Assembly (NCBI GenBank): GCA_965207885.1
Contig: OZ242311.1
Coordinates: forward strand, 5,568,001 to 5,632,000
Direction of reading: 5' to 3'
Origin: Candidatus Latescibacterota bacterium
GTDB lineage: Bacteria; Latescibacterota; UBA2968
DNA length: 64,000 bases
The first letter of the stretch is position 1. Every line of letters starts with the position of its first letter. Positions 54,227-64,000 of the stretch are shown here, piece after piece. The notes under the pieces are model-generated. The model saw only the letters and a program-made list of their open reading frames with translations, searched no databases and was not told the origin of the DNA. The translations under genes and the position numbers were made by a program.

Positions 54227-55651
54227 ATGGAAAACGCTATCCTCTTCGCACCAGAACTTATTTGCCTGCTCATGGGCCTCGTGCTCTTTTTTGCCACAGT
54301 GCTCAACTGGTCCTATCGCACAACTCGGGGCATTGCCATTGCATCCGGCATAGCGATGATCGCCGCCTGTCTCTGGACCCTATCCCTTGAAGGCGAACCC
54401 TTCTTCCCGGGCATATACGCGGTTGACTTCTTTTCCCAATTGATCAAAACAGCTCTCGCAGTCGGATTCCTATTTGTCGTCATTGCCAGCGCCAACCCCC
54501 TCACAGTTGACCGCAATGGTTGGCTCGAGGTCCCCCTCTTCTTCATATTTTCCACACTCGGCATGATGATGATGGTCAGCGCGACCGAACTCCTCACCCT
54601 CTATGTCGCCATGGAACTGGCTGCCTATCCCGTCTATATCGTCGTTGCCCTTCACCGCAATACCGACATCGGCGGGGAAAGCGCCACCAAATACATGGTA
54701 CAGGGCATGGCAGCCTCGGCCATCTCGCTCTACGGCATGAGCTTTCTCTTTGGCACATTTGGCTCCACCTACTTCTCTGCCATCAGCATCCCACACGCCG
54801 CCGCGCAGCCCATCTTCTACCTGGGCCTGTTGCTCACACTCGCCGGCTTCTTCTTCAAACTCGGCGCCTTCCCCTTCCACTTTTGGGCACCCGACACGTA
54901 TGAAATCGCGCCCCATCCCATCATCACATTCATCGCCACCGTTTCCAAAATCGCCGCCATCGGCATCCTCTGTCGCCTGTTATCCCTCGCCATGCCCGGT
55001 GGCTGGGAATCGGGCCACGCCCAAACCGCGCTCATGTGGGCAAGCGTCATCGCAATGAGCCTGGGCAACCTGGCCGCACTCGCGCAAAAAGACCTCAAAC
55101 GCCTGCTCGGATATTCCACAGTCGCCCACGCCGGTTACGTGCTCCTCGCCCTTCAAACCTTCGCCGAATGGGGTCTTACCGCTGCCCTCTTTTACGCCAT
55201 TGGCTACTTTGCCATGTCCTTTGCGTGCTTCCTCGTCATCTGTGAAGTCGGTCGCAGCGAAGACCGCATCACCATCGACTCCGTATCTGGCCTTTACAAA
55301 CGCGCGCCATTCCTCTCCTTCACCTTGCTCATCGGCCTGTTTGGCCTCATTGGCCTCCCCCCCACTGTGGGCTTTGTCGGCAAATGGTTCCTCTTTTCTG
55401 CCGCCCTCCAGCGCGGTCAATTCTATCTCGTCCTCATCGCAGCCATCAACGCCGCGATCGCCCTGTATTATTATCTTCTCATCATTCGCCAACTCTACTG
55501 GGTAGAACCCACCACACAGAACACCATCAAACCCACGCCCCTCATCGCCGTCACCGCAATGGCGACCATCATCCTCGTAGTCGCAATGGGCACGGTCCCC
55601 GGACCCTTCTGGGACATGGCCGCACGCGCCGCACGCGCACTGATCAGTTGA
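54227..55651 (+). CDS. nuoN: complex I subunit N
   Basis: FKLGAFPFHFWAPD.Y, KRLLGYS..HAGY, GLPPT.GF.GK. Confidence 0.93.
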   Translation: MENAILFAPELICLLMGLVLFFATVLNWSYRTTRGIAIASGIAMIAACLWTLSLEGEPFFPGIYAVDFFSQLIKTALAVGFLFVVIASANPLTVDRNGWLEVPLFFIFSTLGMMMMVSATELLTLYVAMELAAYPVYIVVALHRNTDIGGESATKYMVQGMAASAISLYGMSFLFGTFGSTYFSAISIPHAAAQPIFYLGLLLTLAGFFFKLGAFPFHFWAPDTYEIAPHPIITFIATVSKIAAIGILCRLLSLAMPGGWESGHAQTALMWASVIAMSLGNLAALAQKDLKRLLGYSTVAHAGYVLLALQTFAEWGLTAALFYAIGYFAMSFACFLVICEVGRSEDRITIDSVSGLYKRAPFLSFTLLIGLFGLIGLPPTVGFVGKWFLFSAALQRGQFYLVLIAAINAAIALYYYLLIIRQLYWVEPTTQNTIKPTPLIAVTAMATIILVVAMGTVPGPFWDMAARAARALIS

Positions 55652-55742
55652 TGAGCGCGCGAAAAAAAGAAAAAATATTCACCAAAATTAAATTTGTCTT
55701 ATATTCTATTACGCAATCATTCAACTAAAAGGAGATATGGCA

Positions 55743-56051
55743 ATGGAAACGATTGCCAAAAATAAAAACGCCACTGCTAAACAGGATCAACCAAAAGGAG
55801 ATATAGCAATGGACGCTGACACCACAAATAACAACACTGAACAGAGCCAACGGATAACAACCCTTGAGACAAATTTGGAATTTATCAAAGAACAGCTTTC
55901 AGATGTGAAACAGGACTTAAAAGACCTCAAGCAAGGGCAAGAAAATATTGAAACGCGGCTCAATACCCGGATTGACGATTTGATAAAATGGTATGTCCCC
56001 ACAACGGTTGTTGCGCTATTGCTTTTTGCTGCTGTCATGAAATTTTTATAA
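55743..56051 (+). CDS. small coiled-coil protein with C-terminal TM helix
   Basis: Heptad repeat then hydrophobic tail; AAGGAG SD; second in-frame SD+ATG at 55809. Confidence 0.7.
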   Translation: METIAKNKNATAKQDQPKGDIAMDADTTNNNTEQSQRITTLETNLEFIKEQLSDVKQDLKDLKQGQENIETRLNTRIDDLIKWYVPTTVVALLLFAAVMKFL

Positions 56052-56077
56052 AAGGGCATTATAGACATTAACCTTAT

Positions 56078-56124
56078 AAAAAAAAGAACCCGCAATCGTT
56101 CGGTGATTGCGGGTTCTTTTTTTT
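56078..56124. terminator. bidirectional terminator
   Basis: A-run GAACCCGCAATC-loop-GATTGCGGGTTC T8 between convergent genes. Confidence 0.88.
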
Positions 56125-56169
56125 CGTGCAAATTCGCTTTCACACATCCGATGATTTTGTCATCAAGAC

Positions 56170-56712
56170 TCAAGGCATCGGCTTGTACGGAAATGACGAA
56201 TGATGCACATTGATACGCAACTTGCCATTCTCGTCCTTAAAATAGCCAAACGTGAACTCCACCTTGGCTTCTTTTTCGGTATTTGCGTCTGTAAAATAGT
56301 AATTACCCATGGCAATGGCCGAGTCGCCGTTAATAATAATATCAGCGTTCTCAAATCGGACTTTGCTCCACGGCTGGATAGCAAAACCGCGATCTTCAGG
56401 TACAATACCAGTCACAAAATAAGATATAGCCTCTTCTTTTGTTAAACGAAATTGTTTTTCTGACGCCTTCGTAGGCTTAAACAGAACCTCGCCTTCATCA
56501 TAACCATATAACGTATTGACGGTCTCTTCGGCCAATGCCTTATAGTCCTTTTTTTGCGTATATGCTTCACCGATAGCGACAATTGCTTCGCCCCAAATTT
56601 TTTGGGCCTCCATAACCTCTCTCTCAACAATACCATTATCCTTCATAACATCCTCTGCATATCCCGTCGCCACAACCACCAGCGTTGCCAATATTGCCAA
56701 TTGAATCTTCAT
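56170..56712 (-). CDS. secreted NTF2/SnoaL-like conserved protein
   Basis: Signal peptide; VLFKPT, D.GFA..PW..VRFEN, AMGNY.F, KVE.TFGY, HHSS.PY. Confidence 0.75.
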   Translation of the reverse strand: MKIQLAILATLVVVATGYAEDVMKDNGIVEREVMEAQKIWGEAIVAIGEAYTQKKDYKALAEETVNTLYGYDEGEVLFKPTKASEKQFRLTKEEAISYFVTGIVPEDRGFAIQPWSKVRFENADIIINGDSAIAMGNYYFTDANTEKEAKVEFTFGYFKDENGKLRINVHHSSFPYKPMP

Positions 56713-56931
56713 TTTTTGCCCCTCCTATTTAAGCAATCGTATCCGATTGCATCGCATTATTTCTTTCTCTTGTATTCCACATATAAAAAAAATTCTCTTT
56801 AATGTCAAATCAATTTTATGCTTTAATCTTCCTGACAAACGGTCTTTTTTTTGTCAAAAAAATCCGTTTTGTGTATCTTTTGCCCTATCGTAACAACTCC
56901 TGCTCCTCTGTGCAAACATTAAGGAATTTTC

Positions 56932-57858
56932 ATGCTCAATAAATTAATCGACAAACTAAAAAAGGGACTGACCAAAACCCGCGAAGGCATGGTACAAAAA
57001 ATCCGCGAAGTCATTCGGCGGCACCCTAAAATCGACGAAGAAACCCTTGAAGAAATTGAAGAAATTCTCATCGAAGCAGACGTTGGCGTAGAACCCACCC
57101 TTCGCATAATTGACCAATTGCGCGAACGCTTTGAAACCGGCGAACCCGTTGAAAATCCGGAAACCGCAGTCCAGGAATTTCTCGAAGAAGAAATCCGCAA
57201 AATCCTCCTGCCTTCAGACACGGCGCCATCTATCGCAATCACAACCAAACCCCACATTATCCTCGTCGTAGGTGTCAACGGCGTGGGCAAAACCACCACC
57301 ATTGGCAAAATGGCTCACAAACTCAGCCGCGAAGGCAAAAAAGTACTCTTTGCCGCGGGAGACACATTTCGGGCAGCAGCCATTGACCAACTCGGCATCT
57401 GGGCCAACCGCACGGGATCTGACATCGTGCAACACCAACCGGGCGCAGACGCAGCATCCGTGGCATTCGACGCCATTCAGGCAGCCAGAGCACGCGACAT
57501 CGACGTCGTACTCATCGACACAGCAGGCCGCCTGCACACCAAAATCAACCTCATGGAAGAAGTCAAAAAAATCCGCCGCGTCGTCGCCAAAGCCATGCCC
57601 GGTGCCCCCCACGAAACCCTGCTCGTACTCGATGCAACCACCGGACAAAACGCCGTCATACAGGCAAAACAATTTCACAGCACCGTTGAACTCACGGGCC
57701 TTGTCCTGGCAAAACTCGACGGCACCGCCAAAGGAGGCGTAATCATCGCCATCGCCGATGAACTCGACCTCCCCGTGCGCTATGTTGGCCTGGGAGAAGA
57801 CATTGAGGACCTGGATGACTTTGACCCCGCAACCTTTGTCCAGGCTCTATTTGAGTAA
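56932..57858 (+). CDS. ftsY: SRP receptor FtsY
   Basis: [34 protein letters not shown]. Confidence 0.96.
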   Translation: MLNKLIDKLKKGLTKTREGMVQKIREVIRRHPKIDEETLEEIEEILIEADVGVEPTLRIIDQLRERFETGEPVENPETAVQEFLEEEIRKILLPSDTAPSIAITTKPHIILVVGVNGVGKTTTIGKMAHKLSREGKKVLFAAGDTFRAAAIDQLGIWANRTGSDIVQHQPGADAASVAFDAIQAARARDIDVVLIDTAGRLHTKINLMEEVKKIRRVVAKAMPGAPHETLLVLDATTGQNAVIQAKQFHSTVELTGLVLAKLDGTAKGGVIIAIADELDLPVRYVGLGEDIEDLDDFDPATFVQALFE

Positions 57859-57892
57859 TTGACGCCAATGCGAAATCGGGTATATTTTTTTT

Positions 57893-59053
57893 ATGTCCAT
57901 TCAACTGCCCATATATCTCGACAACAACGCCACCACACCCATAGATGAACGGGTACTCAACGCGATGTTGCCCTATCTCAAAGATCGCTTTGGCAATGCC
58001 GCCAGTCGCACACACACCTTTGGGTGGCATGCCGAAGATGCCGTTGATCTCGCGCGGGAACAAATAGCCAGCCTCATCAACGCACAGCCCAAAGACATCG
58101 TCTTTACCAGTGGCGCCACAGAATCCGACAACCTCGCCATCAAAGGCGTGGTCGCCGCAGCCAAAACTCCGCACATCATCACACAAGCCACCGAACACCA
58201 CGCCGTACTCGACTCTTGCCGCGCCCTGGAACGCGACGGCGTCTCAGTCACGGTATTGCCCGTAGATTCACACGGTATTACCGACCCATCAGACATCGCA
58301 AACGCCATCACAGACAAAACCGCACTCGTCTCCATCATGGCGGCCAACAACGAAATCGGCACCTGCCAGGCCATTGAAGAAATCGGGGCAATATGCCGTG
58401 AAAAAAACATCTATTTTCACACAGATGCAGCACAGGCCATTGGCAAGTACCCGATCGACGTCGAAGCCATGCATATCGACCTGCTCTCCATCTCCGCCCA
58501 TAAACTCTACGGACCCAAAGGCGCGGGCGCACTCTATGTACGCAGCCGTCCGCGCGTTCGCCTCGTCGGCCAAATAGACGGCGGGGGCCATGAAAAAGGC
58601 ATGCGCTCTGGCACGCTCAATGTACCGGGCATTGTGGGCCTGGGAGAAGCCTGCGCGCTCGCACAAAAACACATCGAAACCGAAGCAAAACACAGCCAGA
58701 ATTTGCGCCATCGCCTGCAAAACCACCTCTTCAACGCGCTGCCCCAGATACAACTCAACGGCCACCCCGAACAACGCCTGCCGGGCAATCTCAACATCAG
58801 CTTTACCGGTGTAGATGGTGAAAGCCTGCTCATGAGCTTGCGGGATGTAGCCCTCTCATCTGGTTCAGCCTGTACATCCGCATCTCTGGAACCATCCTAC
58901 GTACTCAAAGCCATTGGTGTCAGCAATGACATGGCACAGTGCAGCATACGCTTTGGCATTGGCCGATTCAACACCGAAGCAGAAATTGATTATGTTGCAG
59001 AACGCGTGATTAAAGAAGTCAATCGCCTGCGCGAAATATCGCCAAACTACTAA
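57893..59053 (+). CDS. iscS: cysteine desulfurase
   Basis: [36 protein letters not shown]. Confidence 0.94.
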   Translation: MSIQLPIYLDNNATTPIDERVLNAMLPYLKDRFGNAASRTHTFGWHAEDAVDLAREQIASLINAQPKDIVFTSGATESDNLAIKGVVAAAKTPHIITQATEHHAVLDSCRALERDGVSVTVLPVDSHGITDPSDIANAITDKTALVSIMAANNEIGTCQAIEEIGAICREKNIYFHTDAAQAIGKYPIDVEAMHIDLLSISAHKLYGPKGAGALYVRSRPRVRLVGQIDGGGHEKGMRSGTLNVPGIVGLGEACALAQKHIETEAKHSQNLRHRLQNHLFNALPQIQLNGHPEQRLPGNLNISFTGVDGESLLMSLRDVALSSGSACTSASLEPSYVLKAIGVSNDMAQCSIRFGIGRFNTEAEIDYVAERVIKEVNRLREISPNY

Positions 59054-59070
59054 ACATCCCCGGAGCCACC

Positions 59071-59880
59071 ATGCCAACACCAGACCGACCCCAACGCCCC
59101 GAAATCTTACCCGAAGTCAAAAACATCGTCGCAGTATCCAGCGGCAAAGGCGGCGTGGGCAAAACAACAGTTAGCGTGAACCTCGCGGTCTCACTCGCCA
59201 AACAGGGCGCAGCGGTTGGCTTGCTCGACGCGGATATTTACGGACCCAATGTGCCCATCATGATGGGCAGCACGGCGCAACCCAGGGCAATGGGTCAAAA
59301 AATACTGCCCCTTGAAAATCACAATGTCAAATTCATGTCTCTCGGCCTTATCGCCGGAGAAAATGCCCCCATAATATGGCGCGGTCCCATCGTGGGCAGA
59401 ATGATACAGCAATTCATAGTTGACGTGATATGGGGCGCACTCGACTACCTCGTCGTCGATCTTCCCCCCGGCACGGGCGACGCACAACTCACCCTTGCCC
59501 AAACCGTGCCCCTCAGCGGTGCGGTCATAGTCACCACCCCGCAAAATGTCGCATTGGAAGACGTACATCGCGGCATAGAAATGTTCCGCAAAGTCGAAGT
59601 CCCCATCCTCGGCATTGTCGAAAACATGAGCTATTTTCTCTGCCCGTGTTGCGGAGACCACACCCCCCTCTTTGGCGAAGGCGGAGGTCAACACATCGCC
59701 GATGCATTTGGCCTGCCCCTACTCGGACAAATCCCCATCCAGCCCAATATTTGCGAAGGCGGCGACACGGGTGCGCCCATTGCAACAGGTGAAAACAATG
59801 CTTTCCCCGAAATCGCCCGGCGCATTGCCAACGCACTGGAAGAAAGAGAAAGCGACCTGCCCGAAATCACAATTGTCTAA
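59071..59880 (+). CDS. mrp: Mrp/ApbC Fe-S carrier ATPase
   Basis: SGKGGVGK, DADIYGP, DLPPGTGD, VENMS..CPCC. Confidence 0.92.
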   Translation: MPTPDRPQRPEILPEVKNIVAVSSGKGGVGKTTVSVNLAVSLAKQGAAVGLLDADIYGPNVPIMMGSTAQPRAMGQKILPLENHNVKFMSLGLIAGENAPIIWRGPIVGRMIQQFIVDVIWGALDYLVVDLPPGTGDAQLTLAQTVPLSGAVIVTTPQNVALEDVHRGIEMFRKVEVPILGIVENMSYFLCPCCGDHTPLFGEGGGQHIADAFGLPLLGQIPIQPNICEGGDTGAPIATGENNAFPEIARRIANALEERESDLPEITIV

Positions 59881-59966
59881 CTTTTCGGGCTTGCGAATGA
59901 AAAAAAATACCTTACATTAAATTCCCGTGATCACTCAAATCCAAACACCAACCCGAAAGGTGTGCC

Positions 59967-61145
59967 ATGAGTACAACGTATGAAACGCTCGTCGCACAGG
60001 CAGAGGCCAACAACACAGGGCTTTCTCCAGAACGCGCACAGGAGAAAATCAACGCAAATGGAACGCTGCTCATAGACGTGCGCGAGCGCGAAAATTATAT
60101 CGAAGGATATATCCCCGGCGCAGAAAACGTACCGCGTGGCTTTCTCGAACTCCGCATAGAAAGCATGGACAATGACCGCGACCGCGCAATCATTGTCTAT
60201 GGTGCTCAGGGCCAGGGCGCATTGGCCGCACAGGCACTTCAAGACATGGGCTATTCCGACGTCGCGTATATCCAGGGCGACATTGACGCGTGGCAAAATG
60301 CCGATCTCCACATTGACCGCGACCGCGCGCTCAACAAAGCCGAAGTACAGCGCTACTCCCGTCACCTCCTCATCCCCGAAGTGGGAGAACGCGGACAGGG
60401 CAAACTCCTCGACGCCAAAGTGCTACTCATTGGCGCAGGCGGATTGGGCAGCCCAACCGGACTTTATCTGGCCGCGACTGGCATTGGGACACTGGGAATC
60501 GTCGATGCCGACATCGTCGATGTCACCAACTTGCAACGCCAGATACTGCACGGCACATCTGACCTGGGTCGTCTCAAAGCCATCTCGGCTTACGAGACCC
60601 TCAAAGAAATCAATCCCGGCTGCGATGTGGTGCCACACACCGACTATCTCACATCCGACAACATCATGGACATCCTTCCCCAATACGACATCATCGTCAA
60701 CGGATGCGACAACTTCCCAACGCGCTATCTCGTCAACGATGCGTGTGTCTTCTTAAAAAAACCCATCGTGGATGGCAGCATCTTCCGCTTTGAAGGTCAG
60801 GTCACGGTGTACACGTGCGACGGTGAGGGGCCTTGCTACCGCTGCCTCTACCCTGCGCCACCGCCGGCAGACCTGGCACCGTCGTGAGACGAAGCAGGCG
60901 TGCTGGGTGTTCTGCCCGGCACAGTTGGCCTCGTGCAGGCTACAGAAGTTGTCAAACTCATACTCGGTCAGGGGGATCCACTCATCGGCCGCTTGCTGAT
61001 GTACGACGCCCTGCAAATGAACTTCAACACATTTAAAATTCGCCGCGACAAAAATTGCCCTGTATGTGGCGACAACCCGACCATCACCGAACTCATGGAC
61101 TATCAGGCATTCTGCTCCATGGATCACAGCGACGCGGCGGATTGA
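59967..61145 (+). CDS. moeB: rhodanese-MoeB/ThiF adenylyltransferase, predicted selenoprotein (TGA 60885-60887)
   Basis: RYSRHL, GAGGLGSP, NLQRQ, PCYRCL..PS*DEAGVLG..CPVC; the two listed ORFs share one frame. Confidence 0.88.
60900..60922 (+). promoter_or_regulatory. candidate bacterial SECIS
   Basis: GTGCTGGGT-GTTCT-GCCCGGCAC hairpin 12 nt after TGA; loop begins with G. Confidence 0.7.
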
Positions 61146-61165
61146 CCGTCGCAACACAAAAACAC

Positions 61166-61206
61166 AAAGGGGTGAAACCGATTGGTTTCACCCCTTTTAT
61201 TTTTTC
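61166..61206. terminator. terminator between convergent genes
   Basis: AAAGGGGTGAAACC-gatt-GGTTTCACCCCTTTT. Confidence 0.88.
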
Positions 61207-61218
61207 CTTTTTGTGCAT

Positions 61219-62286
61219 TCACCTCTGATAATGCCCCCTATCTCTATCCTCCACCACACTATCATCTACAGGCACTTTGAGGCGATCTGCCCATTCGCCA
61301 ATTTGCTCGTTAATCGTACCGGGTATCTCAATACCATGTTTGAGGCGGTGCTTGCGGTTGCGGTACTCAAAATCCCCCGGAACCAGAACTTCATCTACCC
61401 CATCGGCGGGTTCGGTCGTCTTCATCGCATCTAAAAATGCGCGAATATCCTGCTGATAACTGTCCAAATCTGTAAACGCGCTAATATCGATAACCTGCAT
61501 AAACGCGCCTCCAGAACGCCGGCCCTCCCTTTGGGCTCCTGAAAGCAGCCCCATCAAACAGACCATCAGCGAAAGCGCGTAGCCCTTGTGCTCTCCAAAA
61601 GTACGCAAAAATCCACCATCGTAAAAATCGAGGGGATTGGTTGACGGCTTGTTATTCTTATCCACAATAAAAGTATCGGGAATCGACGCATTCTTGCTTC
61701 GCGCGACCTGGAGCTTGCCCTCGGCGACCATAGAAGTGGCAAAATCGATTACAAAAGGTGCCTCATCGCCCGTGGGAACGCCCACCGCAATGGGATTGGT
61801 ACCCAGACTCCCTTTCTTCCCCCCAAAAGGCAAAACTTTCATCGTATTGGGCGAACCCCCACCAACCATGCAAATACCGATAAAACCCCCGCGCGCGGCA
61901 ATCTCGACATATTCTCCCAGACGCCCAATATGGGCAACCCGCGTGAACGAAACCGAACAAATTTCAGAAGTTCGCGCTTTTTCCATCGCCTGATGGACAG
62001 CGCGATAAGCCGTAAGATGCCCCACCCCCCCGTTGCCGTCCAGAACCAGTGTAGTAGCCGATTCCCGCACCGTAGTCGGTTCAGCCGCCGGATTCATACC
62101 CCCATCAGAGATATGAGAGAGATACATGGGAATACGGAGAACACCGTGAGAATCGTGACCGGCGAGATTGGCATTCACCAGAATCTTCGCCACAATACAT
62201 GCGATATCAGGTGTCGCACCAGATGCTTCGAACAAACATCTCGTAAGCGCGTGAAGATGCGCGGGTTGATACGTGTGCATTTGCAT
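61219..62286 (-). CDS. Ldh2/ComC family oxidoreductase
   Basis: G.DSHG..R, HIGRLG.Y, GTNPIA, D.ATS, HKGYAL, V.VPG. Confidence 0.88.
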   Translation of the reverse strand: MQMHTYQPAHLHALTRCLFEASGATPDIACIVAKILVNANLAGHDSHGVLRIPMYLSHISDGGMNPAAEPTTVRESATTLVLDGNGGVGHLTAYRAVHQAMEKARTSEICSVSFTRVAHIGRLGEYVEIAARGGFIGICMVGGGSPNTMKVLPFGGKKGSLGTNPIAVGVPTGDEAPFVIDFATSMVAEGKLQVARSKNASIPDTFIVDKNNKPSTNPLDFYDGGFLRTFGEHKGYALSLMVCLMGLLSGAQREGRRSGGAFMQVIDISAFTDLDSYQQDIRAFLDAMKTTEPADGVDEVLVPGDFEYRNRKHRLKHGIEIPGTINEQIGEWADRLKVPVDDSVVEDRDRGHYQR

Positions 62287-62296
62287 AAGAAATCTC

Positions 62297-63238
62297 CTAA
62301 AGCCCTGCGGCGAAAAATTCTTCGAACACCTCATCGGAAACCGTTGCACACGCCGCGCGCACATTGGCTTCGAGTTGCGCCTTATTCAGACTACCGAGCG
62401 GATTGCCGTGGATGCGGGTCTCACGAATACAGAATTGCAAAGTCAGCTCGAGCAAGTCGTACCCGCGATCTTCGCACCACAGGCGCATATTCTCAGCGCG
62501 CTCGTGATCTTCTCGCCAGCGATCGCGGGGCAAAAAATTTTCCACTGGCACACCCGTGAGATAACCGCGCATAATCGACCAGCCATTCATCACGCCCAGA
62601 TCGCGCGCCGCCGCAGCGGGCAAAATATCTTCGCTAATGGTCTGCCGCAAAAGATTGTGATCCCCAAAACACAGAAAACAATCCGTGCGCCCCGATTCGA
62701 TCTGCGCCAGGTGAAAATCGTGGGGCCGCATCCCGTATCCAATAAAATTGACCCACCCCCGTTCCCGCGCCTTTTCCAATCCCTCGAGCGTACCCCCCGA
62801 AACCAGCGTAGCCTCGATACTCCACGGATCGTGAATAAAAAGCACATCGAAGTGATCAATCCCCAGAATCTCGAGCTGGTCTTCTATATCGGCAAGCGCG
62901 TGCTCCGTTGAGTAATCCGGGTCTCCATCTCCATAGCCCCCCCACTTCGCGGCACTATGGCAACAAACGCGCCCGCTAATAATGATTTCATCGCGCTCGA
63001 CAACGCCCTGCTTAATCGCAAGACCGAGCTTTCGAAGCGAATCGCCATAACACCGCGCACAATCGAAGTGATTAACCCCAATATCCACCGCAAACCGAAT
63101 GAGATCTGCGGCTTCATCATCGGTAACAGAGCCAAAATTGTTGCCAAACCCCTGCGTACCAAAGGGAATAACGGGAATAGAAAGTTCTGTTTTGCCCCAG
63201 CGACGACGCGGGACTTGAAGAGTGGCTTTTTCAATCAT
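62297..63238 (-). CDS. aldo/keto reductase
   Basis: R.GKT.L, G.NHFD.AR.YG, LG.D..D...IHD. Confidence 0.8.
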   Translation of the reverse strand: MIEKATLQVPRRRWGKTELSIPVIPFGTQGFGNNFGSVTDDEAADLIRFAVDIGVNHFDCARCYGDSLRKLGLAIKQGVVERDEIIISGRVCCHSAAKWGGYGDGDPDYSTEHALADIEDQLEILGIDHFDVLFIHDPWSIEATLVSGGTLEGLEKARERGWVNFIGYGMRPHDFHLAQIESGRTDCFLCFGDHNLLRQTISEDILPAAAARDLGVMNGWSIMRGYLTGVPVENFLPRDRWREDHERAENMRLWCEDRGYDLLELTLQFCIRETRIHGNPLGSLNKAQLEANVRAACATVSDEVFEEFFAAGL

Positions 63239-63618
63239 GTCAAAGGATCTCCATCATCCAGTGCATATTCCTTCAGCGTGTCCAAATCGACAAACTCAAG
63301 CGTGGAAATATGCGTCCCCGAAAGATAAACGGGAGGAGCAAAACCCGCATTGAGAGCTTCAACCCAGCGCTGAACACACAAACACCAGCGGTCGCCCGGC
63401 ACAAGGCCGGGAAAGCGCAATTCGGGCACAGGCGTACTCAAATCATTGCCCGCAGACTGGGAAAAAGCCAAAAACTCTTCCGTCATCTCAGCACATAGAA
63501 TATGCAATCCCAAATCACCCGGACCCGTGCGACAACATCCATCTCTAAAAAAACCCGTCATAGGATCGGTACAACAATCATCGAGTTCTTCGCCCAAAAC
63601 ATTTTTCCCGCGGTTCAT
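63235..63618 (-). CDS. DUF2237 protein
   Basis: NVLG..L..C..DPMTGFFRDGCC, GNDLSTP, GDRWCLC..RW. Confidence 0.92.
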   Translation of the reverse strand: MNRGKNVLGEELDDCCTDPMTGFFRDGCCRTGPGDLGLHILCAEMTEEFLAFSQSAGNDLSTPVPELRFPGLVPGDRWCLCVQRWVEALNAGFAPPVYLSGTHISTLEFVDLDTLKEYALDDGDPLT

Positions 63619-63688
63619 TTTCACTCCAAGGGTTAAGCGAATCAACGAATCTGCGAATCAACGAACCCCGCCCATCCTCCCAAAACCT

Positions 63689-63720
63689 CTGGATTGCGGC
63701 TTTAAGCATACCGCAATGAC
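63689..63720. repeat. palindromic repeat copy 4
   Basis: CTGGATTGCGGC..CCGCAATGAC with a compensated stem pair. Confidence 0.8.
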
Positions 63721-63771
63721 GGCTTTCATATACATTACCTGTTTCATTGATTCGTCTATTCGTCCTTCAGA

Positions 63772-64000
63772 TTAATTTGTATATGGCACAGTACCGCTCT
63801 CATTCACCGTATATCCCCATTGTCGAATATAGTCCGCCCCAGGCAGAAATTCATCGCCCCCCTCATCGAGGCGGCGCTGGAGATAGGCATCCAACTCGTT
63901 GCGCAAATCCGCGCATTCGGGATCATCAACGAGATTGTTCAACTGAAAGGGATCGGCATCGTTATCATAGAGCAACCACGGCCCATCAAGCGAGCGAACA
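63772..64000 (-). CDS. sulfatase C-terminus (partial)
   Basis: GPWLLYDN..DPFQLNNL. Confidence 0.7.
   Translation of the reverse strand, partial: VRSLDGPWLLYDNDADPFQLNNLVDDPECADLRNELDAYLQRRLDEGGDEFLPGADYIRQWGYTVNESGTVPYTN

Noticed and set aside
60900-61145. Separate 81-aa gene or moeB pseudogene
   Set aside because: Same frame as the upstream ORF, TGA at the conserved Cys, SECIS-like hairpin present

Overview
64 kb of mostly core chromosome from a diderm bacterium. The divergent 16S, DUF6785 protein, GH29, sulfatase, ceramidase-like gene and dense palindromic repeats suggest a little-studied FCB-type lineage (Latescibacterota/Gemmatimonadota-like); this is an inference. Content: lptE-cysK-fucosidase, yebC-ruvCAB-tsaB-rimI, prpBCD, an EF-G paralogue, a complete minus-strand rRNA operon (16S, tRNA-Ile, tRNA-Ala, 23S, 5S), hemL, tRNA-Arg(UCG), uvrA, an IS200/IS605 tnpB element, rfbB, a toxin-antitoxin islet, bioF-trmJ, pdxA, a xanthine-oxidase-family Mo subunit directly ahead of an 11-subunit nuo operon with no nuoEFG, and ftsY-iscS-mrp-moeB. 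Most notable observations: (1) two IS200/IS605-family elements, one tnpB-bearing and one 244-bp promoter-plus-guide-scaffold mini-element, each sit in a host TAA stop codon and rebuild it as TGA, leaving UvrA and EF-G unchanged; (2) an in-frame Lnt-TatC fusion; (3) a MoeB with TGA at the conserved Cys, a SECIS-like hairpin and a Cys-less rhodanese domain; (4) Mo-hydroxylase plus complex I co-operon; (5) a VOC gene flanked by a diverged duplication of the ruvB/tsaB junction; (6) several orphan antitoxins with toxin stubs. All calls come from reading the sequence by eye; no database searches were run.
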